64,000 bases of DNA. It comes from a virus. The stretch spans positions 14,230-78,229 of IMG/VR virus record IMGVR_UViG_3300047471_000189; one strand, 5' to 3'. The notes beneath the pieces are model-generated. The model ran no database searches. It saw only the letters and a list, made by a program, of their open reading frames with translations, and was not told the DNA's origin. Made by a program: the position numbers and the translations under genes. Below, piece by piece: positions 9,443-20,300 of this stretch (position 1 is the first letter of the stretch; the number at the start of each line of letters is the position of its first letter).

Positions 9443-9642
9443 GAGACCCACGCGCTTTTGAAATATGGCTTTCGTGGCTGAAGGATTTGGGTGGAAGCTA
9501 CACCCCTGTCCGAAACCTCGATGAACCCAAACCCCCAACCGGTCGACGGGACCCGGACAAAAAACCTCGCCAGTACGAACTTGGAGAAAAATACGGTATC
9601 AATTCCAACGGAAGTGTGATACGATTAGAAATTAAACCATAA
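9439..9642 (+). CDS. Hypothetical protein
   Basis: ATGA-coupled ORF. Confidence 0.5.
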   Translation: MRDPRAFEIWLSWLKDLGGSYTPVRNLDEPKPPTGRRDPDKKPRQYELGEKYGINSNGSVIRLEIKP

Positions 9643-9644
9643 CT

Positions 9645-9659
9645 TTCCATTATTCGGAC
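9645..9659. repeat. Dispersed 15-bp motif copy (1 mismatch)
   Basis: TTCCATTATTCGGAC, intergenic before RBS. Confidence 0.8.
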
Positions 9660-9670
9660 CGGAGGGAAAC

Positions 9671-9991
9671 GTGTCGAGAGGGATGGGAAAAGCGAGACGC
9701 CGTCACCTTTACCAAAAGCAGAAGGGGAAGTGCTTCTGGTGTGGGGGTACCTGCCTCGATGTTAGGATCGGAGGTAGCTTCTCGGACATATTCACCGTCG
9801 ATCACATCGTCCCTCGTTCGAGGGGAGGAAGCAACGAGTGGGGCAACTTGGTTGGGGCCTGTTACTCCTGTAATGCAAAACGAAACGAAATCGAAATCAA
9901 GTTGGATTCTGTCCGGAAATTTTACGACTACTTCAAGAAGCAGCCCCTGCATATGTTTCCCGTGGATCACCCAGAAGATGTACGAAACTAA
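9671..9991 (+). CDS. HNH endonuclease
   Basis: CFWCG, TVDHIVPRSRGG, NLVGACYSCN. Confidence 0.9.
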   Translation: MSRGMGKARRRHLYQKQKGKCFWCGGTCLDVRIGGSFSDIFTVDHIVPRSRGGSNEWGNLVGACYSCNAKRNEIEIKLDSVRKFYDYFKKQPLHMFPVDHPEDVRN

Positions 9992-10003
9992 ATTGGAGGA
10001 ACC

Positions 10004-10423
10004 ATGAAGGTCTACTTAGCCTCACGATACCCACGACGGAAAGAGTTGTCGGCTCTGGTACCTCTTCTCAAGGAGCACAACATTTCCGTCACCAGCCGGT
10101 GGTTAAACGAGACCCTGTCTCCAAACACAACCCTGCACGAGGTGTCCCCAGCTTTCTGCCTAGAGACCGCCCTAATCGATCTCGAAGATATTGACCGAGC
10201 AGACACAATCGTATTCTTCTCCGAGGACCCGCTGATCGGAACTCCCCGGGGAGGCAGACACGTTGAGTTCGGGTACGCTTTAGCCAAGGGAAAAAGAATT
10301 ATAGTCCTCGGTGGGAATGAGAATATATTCCATTTCCTGCCGCATATCATCCATTACTCAACCATACAAGACTTCTTGGAAGCGGAGGGGATACCAAATG
10401 AAACTGCTGTCGATGCCGACTGA
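10004..10423 (+). CDS. Nucleoside 2-deoxyribosyltransferase-like / nucleotide N-glycosidase
   Basis: MKVYLAS, DLEDIDRAD, GRHVEFGYALAKGK. Confidence 0.8.
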   Translation: MKVYLASRYPRRKELSALVPLLKEHNISVTSRWLNETLSPNTTLHEVSPAFCLETALIDLEDIDRADTIVFFSEDPLIGTPRGGRHVEFGYALAKGKRIIVLGGNENIFHFLPHIIHYSTIQDFLEAEGIPNETAVDAD

Positions 10424-10706
10424 GGCTGCGGAACGTAAGAAGATTCCAATTTGGTCGGGGTTGTTCAAATACTTTCCGGACGCACTCATCGAAGTGGCTC
10501 GGCTGTCCTACATCGGAAACGAGCAACACAACCCGGGTGAACCCCTTCATTGGGCCCGGGAGAAGTCGGCGGATCAGGAAGACACACTGCTCCGGCACCT
10601 GATGCAGTCGGACGAAATAGATACAGACGGAGTCCCCCATATCATCAAGGCGACGTGGAGATGTCTGGCAGCCAGCCAGTTGTTCTTGGAGTCACAGAAA
10701 AAGTAA
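10398..10706 (+). CDS. dATP/dGTP diphosphohydrolase-like (DUF5664-type) protein
   Basis: FPDALIEVA...GNEQH...W....S...D.L.RH...H...A.WR.LA. Confidence 0.7.
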   Translation: MKLLSMPTEAAERKKIPIWSGLFKYFPDALIEVARLSYIGNEQHNPGEPLHWAREKSADQEDTLLRHLMQSDEIDTDGVPHIIKATWRCLAASQLFLESQKK

Positions 10707-10720
10707 TTTGTAACGAACAC

Positions 10721-10750
10721 AAAAATGCCCCGGTTTTGGCCGGGGCGTTT
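10721..10750. terminator. Bidirectional intrinsic terminator between convergent arms
   Basis: AAAAAT-GCCCCGG-TTTTGG-CCGGGGC-GTTT between the last + gene and the last - gene. Confidence 0.8.
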
Positions 10751-10761
10751 CTGTCTATGGA

Positions 10762-11301
10762 CTACTTCTTGTCTGGTTTCTTCTTGGGTATCTGTTTTGC
10801 GCGTTCGTCAAAAAGAACTTTCCCGTTGGGGGCGATAAGCTGATCTTTGTCGTTCCACGTTGGTCCGCCCGGTTTTGCGTAGATGGACTCTCCCGAAAAT
10901 GACTCGTGATACGGAGTCTTCCATGCGTCATTAAAGTGCAGACGATGGTCGTTGGGATTTACCTGTTGAACAGCCCGGGGATCACCGGCCTGACCCGCCT
11001 TGAACCAACCACGATAATCATAACCGGCGTGAGGGGAGTCCGGGTCATCCATGCCGGGATGGGCGGTGCTATACGACTTCCACCATTGCCGGAACTGCTG
11101 TTCGTCTTTCGGTGGCAACGTAGTGACGTATGGTCCCGGTTTCGCGTACTGAGCTTGCCAAGGTGGGGGCTGGGGCTGGGTGGGAGCGTCTGGAACGTAC
11201 CCGGTCGGTGGAGTTACGTCTAGCTTGTAACCCACCGGGGGTATAGGAGTCGACGGAAGAGTTTGAACTTCCGCGAGTTGTCCATTATCTGGACTATCCA
11301 T
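10762..11301 (-). CDS. Pro-rich hypothetical protein, probably virion-associated
   Basis: Coupled to the end of the giant gene; no recognised domain. Confidence 0.6.
   Translation of the reverse strand: MDSPDNGQLAEVQTLPSTPIPPVGYKLDVTPPTGYVPDAPTQPQPPPWQAQYAKPGPYVTTLPPKDEQQFRQWWKSYSTAHPGMDDPDSPHAGYDYRGWFKAGQAGDPRAVQQVNPNDHRLHFNDAWKTPYHESFSGESIYAKPGGPTWNDKDQLIAPNGKVLFDERAKQIPKKKPDKK
11280..11294. repeat. Dispersed 15-bp motif copy
   Basis: GTCCATTATCTGGAC at gene junction. Confidence 0.85.
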
Positions 11302-14300
11302 TTACAGCCTCTCCCGTTTGGTGATCGAACCAGTTCTGTCCGTCATCAGATCCAACCCTGTGTCCGGTCTGGGGGTGGGTTGCCGTGTAGAGGTAGGCAA
11401 CCTCCTTCTGGAGAGGAGACTGTGCGGTCGGAGGAGGAGTATAGGACGACTGCGGTTGAGGAGCGGCCTGCTGTTGTTGCTGCGGGATCATTCTCATGAA
11501 CCGGTTGAACGTCGGGTCCTTCGCCCGCTCGGCTGGGGTCATCTCCTTCTTCACCTTGTTCAGGTAACGCTTCTGGACCTGTAGGGTCAAGGTAGCGAGG
11601 GCTGCCTTCTCCTGCGGGTTCAGAACGTCGTACAGCTTCAAGTACTCAGCCGCCGGTAACCGGGCCGCTCTGGTGTAGAGAGAAGCCATGTCCGGGGGAA
11701 TGCCTTGGGTCTTCTTGAAGTTGTTCTGGATCTGCTTCAGTTCCGATTCCTTCAACTGGTCCGTCTGGTAGGTAAGCTTGACCAAGTCGGGCCACGTGAT
11801 TTGTCCGGAACGTAGCTGGTCCTCTAGCTGCATCACTCTGCGGTGGCGAGCCATCTGGGTTGAATCGACGGGACCATCCTCGTTGTGGTTGGAGGCAAGT
11901 TCTGCCGCCAGCTTCTGAGCCGGGGTGTTATAGACCTGTGCCGTGCCTCCGGAGGCTTTCCATGCTTGGCCGAGGTTTCCGATTTCAGGACCGGTGCCAG
12001 TTACCGCTTGTCCGATACTCTGGGCAGCGATAGGAGCCATGTTCCTGAAGATGTCGACCCACATGTCTTCCGGCGCGAGCTTGCGGCCAAACTGGTCGCG
12101 CTGGGTAAGGAGTTCCTGACCCATACGGACAGTTGGGGACAACCGGCCCTTGATGAAGCCAACAGGATCGTCTGCGGCGTGGAGCAAGTCGGTTGGGAGG
12201 GTACGGATTCCGAAGATGGTTTCCTTGCCTTCCTTGTTCTTTACGGCCAGTCCGAACGGAGCTTCGTAGTGAGCGTTGCCTGTGGTAAGCAGGTTCAACA
12301 CACGGGCAATTCCCCAGAGTCCGAGAGCCATCTTGGCAACCTGAGCCCTGCCTAGTCCCCCTTCATCACGGTTGAACAACCGGACTCCGGAACGCATTTC
12401 TGATTCGAGCCAGTCAGGAGCGAGCAGCATCAAGCGGCCCCAGTCCTGTGTGGTCGCGCTGCGGCCCATAGCCTTCCAGTTGATTCCACCGAAGCTGTCG
12501 TTGGCGTGAGTTGCCGCCATCTTGGCTACCTTGTCTGTGGACCACTCTGGGTGCAGGCGCTGGTATTCGTCGAACATGTGCTCGGCTGCCGTAGCCTTGA
12601 TCGCCGGGATGTAGCGACGGAACAGCAGGTCTTGGAACCAGTCCATTGAGCCAGCCAATACCTTACCAACTCCGGGGATCATACGCAGGGCACCGCCTCC
12701 GGCAGATACGCCTTCGGAGTGTTCCTGCATGGCCCGGTAGTCAGTTCCGACGGTCAATCCCTGCTCGGCCATCTTGTACATCTTGGTGGGCGAGTTCGGG
12801 TCCATCGGGTCGATCTTCGCTCCGTGGATCAAATCAGGTGCGTGCAGCGTGAACGGGTTGACCCCGGTCATAACTCCGCGCAGAGCAATCTGCACCATGT
12901 GGAACGGAGACAACGAAAGCAACGTGTGCTTCAGTTTGGTTCCCGCTCCGAGCAATGCTTTGCCAACAGGGTTCTGGCCAATGGTCGACGGGTTCAGTCC
13001 GAGGCGATTCTTCAGGTACTCCGCGAATTCCGGGTGAACCTTGATGTCCGACCGGACGAGCACGCCGTTTCCGGCAGAGTCGTTGGTGACGAAGTTCCAC
13101 CCCTTCATCGCCCCGTTGTCGAGACTGATGTAGTCCTGCGGGTCCCAAGCATATTTCTTGGGTTGCGCGTCGTTGAACTCCTTCAATCCAGAGAAGTCGT
13201 TGTTGTTGAGCATCGACTTCAGATACATGAGATCAGTCCTGAGTTTGTTGTTACCGACCTGATCGTACTGAGCTTCCTTAGACTCCGCCCTGTCTTCGAG
13301 GCGTGCGATAGCGGCCCGAATGTTACCCGGGTGAACGTAGGGAGTAATATCCTTTAGAGTCCCGTCCGCTATGAACCGGTCGAAGTCTCCGTTCTTCTTG
13401 AGTCCCCTTACCATGTCGTCGGACAAGTTGATCTTCCGGACGCGGTTCGGGTCGATGAACGTTTTCGGGTCTTCCCCGTTCTGTCCAGTTACAACGCGAC
13501 CTGTTCCGGATAGAACGACTGCCGGGCGACCGTCTGATGCACGGGTTCCTGCGTCACGCAGCTTGTCAATCAACTGCCGATTAGCGGCAGCCTTGATAAG
13601 CTGGGCCCGGCCCTGTGCCGTGGTCTGGACCGGGTCAAGGAATAACTCTTTTGGAGACTTGAGCAGAGCGGTAACCGTAGAATCGTACACGCGCTGCCGG
13701 GCCATGTTCACGTCGGTCGCGAACTTACCCTGCTTGGAATCGGACAGAATAAGTTTACCTTTCGGGTTCTCGTCCTTGTAGACGCGGGTCATGTAGTCTT
13801 CGATGTGGTTATGGAGCAGGTCGTTCGCTGAACCGAGTTGCCAGTTCTTGTCCTGCTCGTCCCTCAAGTATTTGGCTGTCTGGAGCACTCGGTCGGGAGA
13901 CGTACCGCTGGCCACGCGCTCGTACGCACGGATCACGCGGTCCTTATATTCCTTGGGCATGTTCTTGAACTTGTTGTCCCGGATCATGTCATCGATATTC
14001 GACGGTAGTCCATTATCTGGACCACCACGGGCGAACAACGGCTGCCCCTGCTTGAGTACGGACTCACGCATGGAATCGGTGATTGGGAAGTAGGGAACGG
14101 ATTTTGACTCCGGGACGGCCATGTTCATTTTGCCGCCAAGTTTTTCGGCCAGTGCTAGACTACCGTTACGCCGCATTGCGTCTTCGAAGGAGTACCCGGA
14201 CAGCTTCATATCATTGGCTATTGCCTGTGCCTGATGAGGCAGGGAGACAGGCCCACCTTCTTTAAGCCACTTATTCCCCATTTTAATTAGTTCGAGAGAA

Positions 14301-17300
14301 TCATATGACGGACCTTCGTACGTCCATTCGGAACGACCAATAGAAGGAGGAAGGTCGATCTTCGTCTCCCCAACCTTAGCTCCAAACTGTTTTCCAAGTT
14401 TGTTGGCTAGGTCTGGGACGATTTTGTCGTAGAAGCCACGCATACCTTCGCCGCCGACTTTGAGGTCAACACCTGAAAGCTCGTGACTGGCTAAGTGTCT
14501 AAGTTCTACAAACCACCTATTTTCCTTACCACCAACTTCGGAAACCATTATGCTTTCGCGGGGGTTTCCTTCGTTGAGTCTTCGGTCTGGGTGTAGAATA
14601 ACTTCGACTGGCTTCCCGTCAGGGTTTCCGCTAGGGGGAACCATCGCCCGATCCCCGTCCTTCATAGTATCTGTATCGACACGGGGGGTCCGGAGAAGCT
14701 TGTTTGCTGCCTCTTTGCCAATATAGTCAGGAAGTTTTTCAGGAGACGAGTTTTCTGTAAGGATTTGATTTCCGGAGTGATCGAAGGCCCGGAGTGTTCC
14801 GTCTACCGGAGCATACGTAACCCGGCTAATCTGCTTCGACAAATCATACCGAGTGGCTTGGTCTTCTCCCGGTGTCCACAAAACTCCGTCATACCCGTGT
14901 TCCGCAGCGTACCGGACCATCCTCTTCATTAAGAGTTCTGGCCATGTTTTCTTGAAGGGGGCGTCAGGGACCCCGCCATTCTTTTTCTTATTGAGGCTCT
15001 CAAGTTCTCTATCGAGAGTCTCCATTCTAGAAGTTGCTTCGTTAAAAGCAGTACTGTCTTGCTCTTGGCGGTGATACGCTCTTTCCTCTGCCGCTACGTT
15101 TCTTTCTCTAGCTACCTGATAGCGTCGTTGTTCTTCCTCGGGGGTGAGTTCAGATTTGTACCCCTGTGTCCGTCCCTTCTGGTGCCAGTCGCTCTGCAAC
15201 TCTTCGAGGTGCAACAGTTTTTCACCGTTGGGGCCGGTGCGGTCGTTGAAGCGGACGTGTCCTACTACGTTGGGTTCGTCCCAGTGAGAACTGCGGAAGT
15301 TTCCGTGTTCTTCGGTAGAGGAATTAGCGGTGTAGTCGTACTGCACTTGACCGTCTTCGTCCAAGTGAGAGCTAACATACCGATGCGCTTCCACCTCTGT
15401 TGGGAACGTAGCTAGAATTTTGTTCGGATTTGCTGGGTTATAAACGTGGAATCCGGACACTGTCTTCTGGGGCAGCGTCAACAGCATCTCTCGGTAGTTC
15501 TCACCACCGGGAAGGGTGTAGGTGCCGAATTTAGGAGCGTCGTGGGGTTGATCTCGGTGGTCCATCAAGCGGTGGAGGGCCGCTCGTTCCAACTCTCCGA
15601 TGCGGGTAACCTCTTCGTAGTCCGCTTTGGCTCCGGAAGCTTCTGCCTTTTTCATAGCTTCCGAGCGTTCATCTCCGAGGCGGAAGTAGTCGTTTCTTAG
15701 AGCTTCTTCTCTTCCTGCATCCGCGCCCTTCGTAACTTCCTGCACCTGTAGGTTATTAGCTGCCAAGTACTGCCGGACTTCGTCCGGGCGCACCGGTTCC
15801 TTCCCCTTCGAGCGGAGGAATTCGTCGAGACCGGTGTACTTCATTTCGTCCGGTTTTACGCCGTTGTTCTCCAGCATTTTCTGGACGGTGTCGGCGGGCA
15901 TCGGTCCCTGCATCCGGGAGCCGATAATCTGGTTGGATTTCAGGTACCACTGCGGAGCGGGGTTGTCCCGGGCGTACAACGGTATGTACTTGGCACCGAT
16001 TCCGGTACCGCCGCCGATATGCTGATCCATGTATGCCGGGTTGAAGTCTGTTGCCGCTCCAAAATCAAACGCGCTTTGCGGCCCGGACTTCGCTTCTAGG
16101 TGCCGCTGGATTGCCGAGTTGGCGCGGGCGGCTTCGAGTCGACCAGCCGCGTTAAGAAGTCGGTCAGAAACTCCCGAAGTTTCTCCTTGGGCAGGGCGTT
16201 CGGGGACATAGGACTTGAGTTTTTCGTCGAAGGCATTTAGGTCTCCTCCTAATTTGGTTATGAGACCCCGAATTTGGGGGTCATGTTGTAACAGGTCAGC
16301 GAAGTCCGCCGAATGCGCGGCCACGAGTTCTGGGGTCAGAAGACCCTGCTTCACGATCTGCTGTGGAGGTATCCAGCGGTCGTTACCCCATCCGGACAGT
16401 TCGGCGAGGCTCTTGATGAAGCTCCACGCTGCGGCCTGAGCCTGACGCGGGGCTATCCCGTGCGCCTCTGCGGCTTCCCGGACCTTGGCGGACATCGAGT
16501 CGTAGACTGCGGGTTTGTTGATGCGGCCCGGGTCCTGACCGGCGAGCACAGCCATCCACGTGTCGTTAGTTACGCGGTTGACATCCTCTCCGAGATTCTT
16601 GGTAAACGCCGAGACCTTGGGTCCCGATAGTGGTTCTCCTTGCAGAGCACGAATAGCGTTACCCAAACGCGATTGTAAGTCTACGCCCCGGCGCATCATC
16701 TGGTAGAGCTTGGCCGATTTGTTTGGTTTCCCGTCTTTCCAGACAACATCGGTTGGGCGACCAGCCTTGTCCCACTTCGCCCATTGTTCAATGGCCATAA
16801 CAAGGTTTGTCTTGACCGGCTGAACTGGGCTGAGAGCAGCGACGAAATTCAGGAACTTGTCTTTGTCCGCTGGGTGAAGGCGGTCGAATCCCGAATCAAG
16901 GAGGGCGTCGAACGCACGCGACGAACGCTCATACCACATCTGCCCGGCCCGGCCAGCCCTAACGGCGTCGGACCATTCTTCTGCGTCAGGCAGTGAGTTG
17001 AATGCGGCGACTAGTGAGTTCTTCTTTTCGTCGGTGTTGTGTTTTGCTTGTTCCTCGTCGGTGAGGTATTTCTTGATGGAGTTCCAATCACGAGAGTAGA
17101 GACCCGAGAAGTTCTGGCGGAAGTAGTTCACACTGCCGTACGCCGGGGCAGCGTGTTGTCCGCGTCCTTCGTCCCAGTCCCTCAGCTTCCGGAGAATGGT
17201 ATCCTTGTCTCCCGCCGAGGCGCTGAAGCCTTTTTCTCCTTTGGGGTGGATGAATTCGATTTGATAATGCTTGGCCTCTGGGGAAGAAGCAATGGACTGA

Positions 17301-20300
17301 TAAACACGGTCCACTGTGTCCGGGTCGTTCTTCTGAAACTCTACGTTCAATCCGCCGCGCATCGTACGCAGGCGTACTCCACCAGCCTTAAAGAGGGCAG
17401 TGTATGCGTCATCATATCCTTTTGGTACGATCCCGGCTTCATCCATCAGGTCTTCGTGCCAGTCCCCGACAAATGTTTTGTTCTTTCCTGTTACAATAGC
17501 CGCGCTACCGGGCTCTCCCATTCCCGCACGGAGTTTGAGACCGCCAAGCTTTTTGAATTCTTCCTTCTCCTTGGCGGTGAAGTCGCGAGCAGCCAACCCG
17601 AGGGCCGGAACTTGTCCAGATAATGGACTGGTTCCCTCCCGCATCTGTTGCTCGACCGGTGTGTCTTTGAACGTGGCTATTTCTCCGCCCGGGTGGTAGT
17701 ACCCGTCGTAGCCTGCGTCCTTCATCATCCGTTCGTAGATTGTGCCGATTGCCCCTCTCTGGCCTTGAATGCCACGAGCCGCCGCTTCTTGATACGCGGC
17801 AGACATCAGCTTGTCCGGGTCGTCCACCCACGGGTACAGGTTCTCGTTGTTAAAACGAGCTTTGTACTGGTAGGGTTGGCGTTCGTAGAACGGCTCGCCG
17901 TGCGACCCCTCGACACGCCAGTAAGACTTCTTGACGTAGTCCTTGGGGAAGTTGGCTGCCCGTTCCCGTTCCGCGCCCTTCTGCGGGCCCGTGAATTGCT
18001 TCTCGGGTGAGACTGTATCTAGACCTTCTGCTCTAGTGCCGTGAACGGCGTCGACGAAGGGTTCCCTTGGCTCGCGTGTGAGTTTCGATAGCCCCACGTA
18101 ATCGGGCCTTGATTCGAAAGCTTTACGAACTGGACCCCACGTGGGATGCTTTGATTCAAGCTCGGCGAGTCTGGTATCGAGGACCCGCTGGGCGGCGTCC
18201 CGGCTTTCGTAGTCGCCGTGTTGGAATGCTCTGCCATTTGTTTCTCCTATGTTTCCTGCGTCGAGGCGTGAAGCTACTTCCGCGACCTGTGGGCGGTACC
18301 TGTCTCCCGGGCTAACTATGTGGACAAGGTGTCCTCCCGGGATTGGCTCGATGGTGTCGCCGGGGATTCCGTGGGCTTCGAGTACGGCACCAATCTGACT
18401 GGCGTCCGCCGTAGAGAGAGGAACCCGGAACTGGAACAACTTGTCCGAGCCAGCGCCCGGCACGAATCCGGCACCCATGTTCTGGTAACCAGCTTTGGTG
18501 ATGAAGGCGTTGTGGTATTCAACTGCATCGGGGTCTGTACCCGGAGCGAACCTCTGTAGGGTAGAGTTTTCTGCTCCACCTTCCCAGTGGCCAATGGCCG
18601 GACGCACGACTGCCTTGACCCCGGGGAGGGCCTCGGCAAAGTCTTTCGATAATGTTTCAGCGAGTTTCTGCGGGCGGGAATTGAGACGGAACTCTGCGTC
18701 CTGTACATTTGGTAGGTTATGTACGTTCGGGGAGACGAACCCGATGGGGCTCTGAACCTCGTCTTCGTGGAGTTCCCGGGCTGTTAGGCCGGGTTTTGCT
18801 GGGACTTCTGGTTCTGCTTCACCCACTCCAGCAGGGCGGCGTCCCCCTTCTTGAACGCCTGCCACGCTCCGGTCAACTGGTCCTTGCTTGGTAGCGCGAG
18901 TTGCGGCTTCTGTTTGGGCATGTATATCCTCCACGTGTTGACGTGCTATTTCGTTGATTTTGTCGAGGTTGGCAAAAGCGTCTTTGCCGTGCTTTGCTTC
19001 TACCTCTTTGAAGTATTCTTTGATAAACTTGAATTGCTCTTCCGGGGAGATGATTCCCTCGGCCCGGCCAGCCAAGAACTGGGCGGCGGTTTCGACGACA
19101 CGAACAACTGGGCTGGGATCGTACCCAACGTCACTCTGACGCTTTGCCCATTCTGCCGGTATGAGGCCATGAAGCCGGTCCCACTGGGAGCCCGGGGCCA
19201 CGGTAACACTGCCGTCGGGATGTGTGGTGGCTCCGTCGAGATGGTTGACGATGTCCCCGTCCTTGGACAACTCGCGCTGCCAAGTGTGGTGGAGTTCCTC
19301 GGAGACGATGGGGATCGCTTGATCTTTGAGCAACGTTGGGTGGGCGGCGGTGGTGAGCAGCCCTTGCTTGGACAGCGTCGTGGCGGACTGGAACAACTCC
19401 TGAATTTCTTTGTTCTGGCTGACTCCGGCGTTCTCCAGACTGCGGCCCAGAGTCCCGATTTCATCCGGGGCAAAGCTGACGCCCTTGATCGGGTTACCCG
19501 GTTCGGTGGCATGGTTAAACTGCGCCCACGCGCTGGGGGTAAGCCAGACAACGGGGCGACCGTCGGCTCCAATACGAACCTGACCGGCATCGTTCGAGTG
19601 TGCTACTTCTGTCCCGGCCCTCGGCGGCATGTCCGCTGGGGCAATCGGGGTTCCAGTGGGCGGCTGTCCATTATTCGGATCGATTTCATCTGCCCGGCCA
19701 TCTGCCCGTCTTAGAGCAGAAGCGATGGCTGCGGCCTTCTCGGCGTCCGATCCTGTCTCGGCGTGTGCGAAAGTCTCCGCAAGTTCATCATTCTTAAGTG
19801 CTTTAACTTCTGTGGAGTCTCCCAAAACTGCACGCGGTTCTTCGTGCCCGAGCAACTGCCGGGCATGTTGGTCGATCTCTATTGCGTGCTGTTCGGCGAC
19901 GGCGTGCTGGGCTTCCCGCTCTTTGTTCGTGCGGTCGACGGCCAGCCACTCGTCATTCGGGCGGAATGCCCCTTCCTGAATCAGCGGCTTGAATAACTCA
20001 CCGGCTGAGTGGAGGGCGTGGGTAGCCCCGAGAACTCCCAATCCGTATCCGGCGACCATCTCGGTGCCGTACTCCATAGCCTTGTCATAGTCCCCGGACT
20101 TGAGGGCGTCGAGGAACTGGGGGGACATCTGGGCCCCCATCTCAAGCTGTTGGTAAGTAAACCCAGCATTCAGAAGGTAGTTGGCCGTCTTAGCCGCTCT
20201 TGCCGTTGCGGCTATCGGCATAGTGGGAACAGCCTTCCGTATAAGCTGGAAGGACCCACGTTCCATCAGGTTCCCACCAATCAGATCGTGCTCGGTGAGA

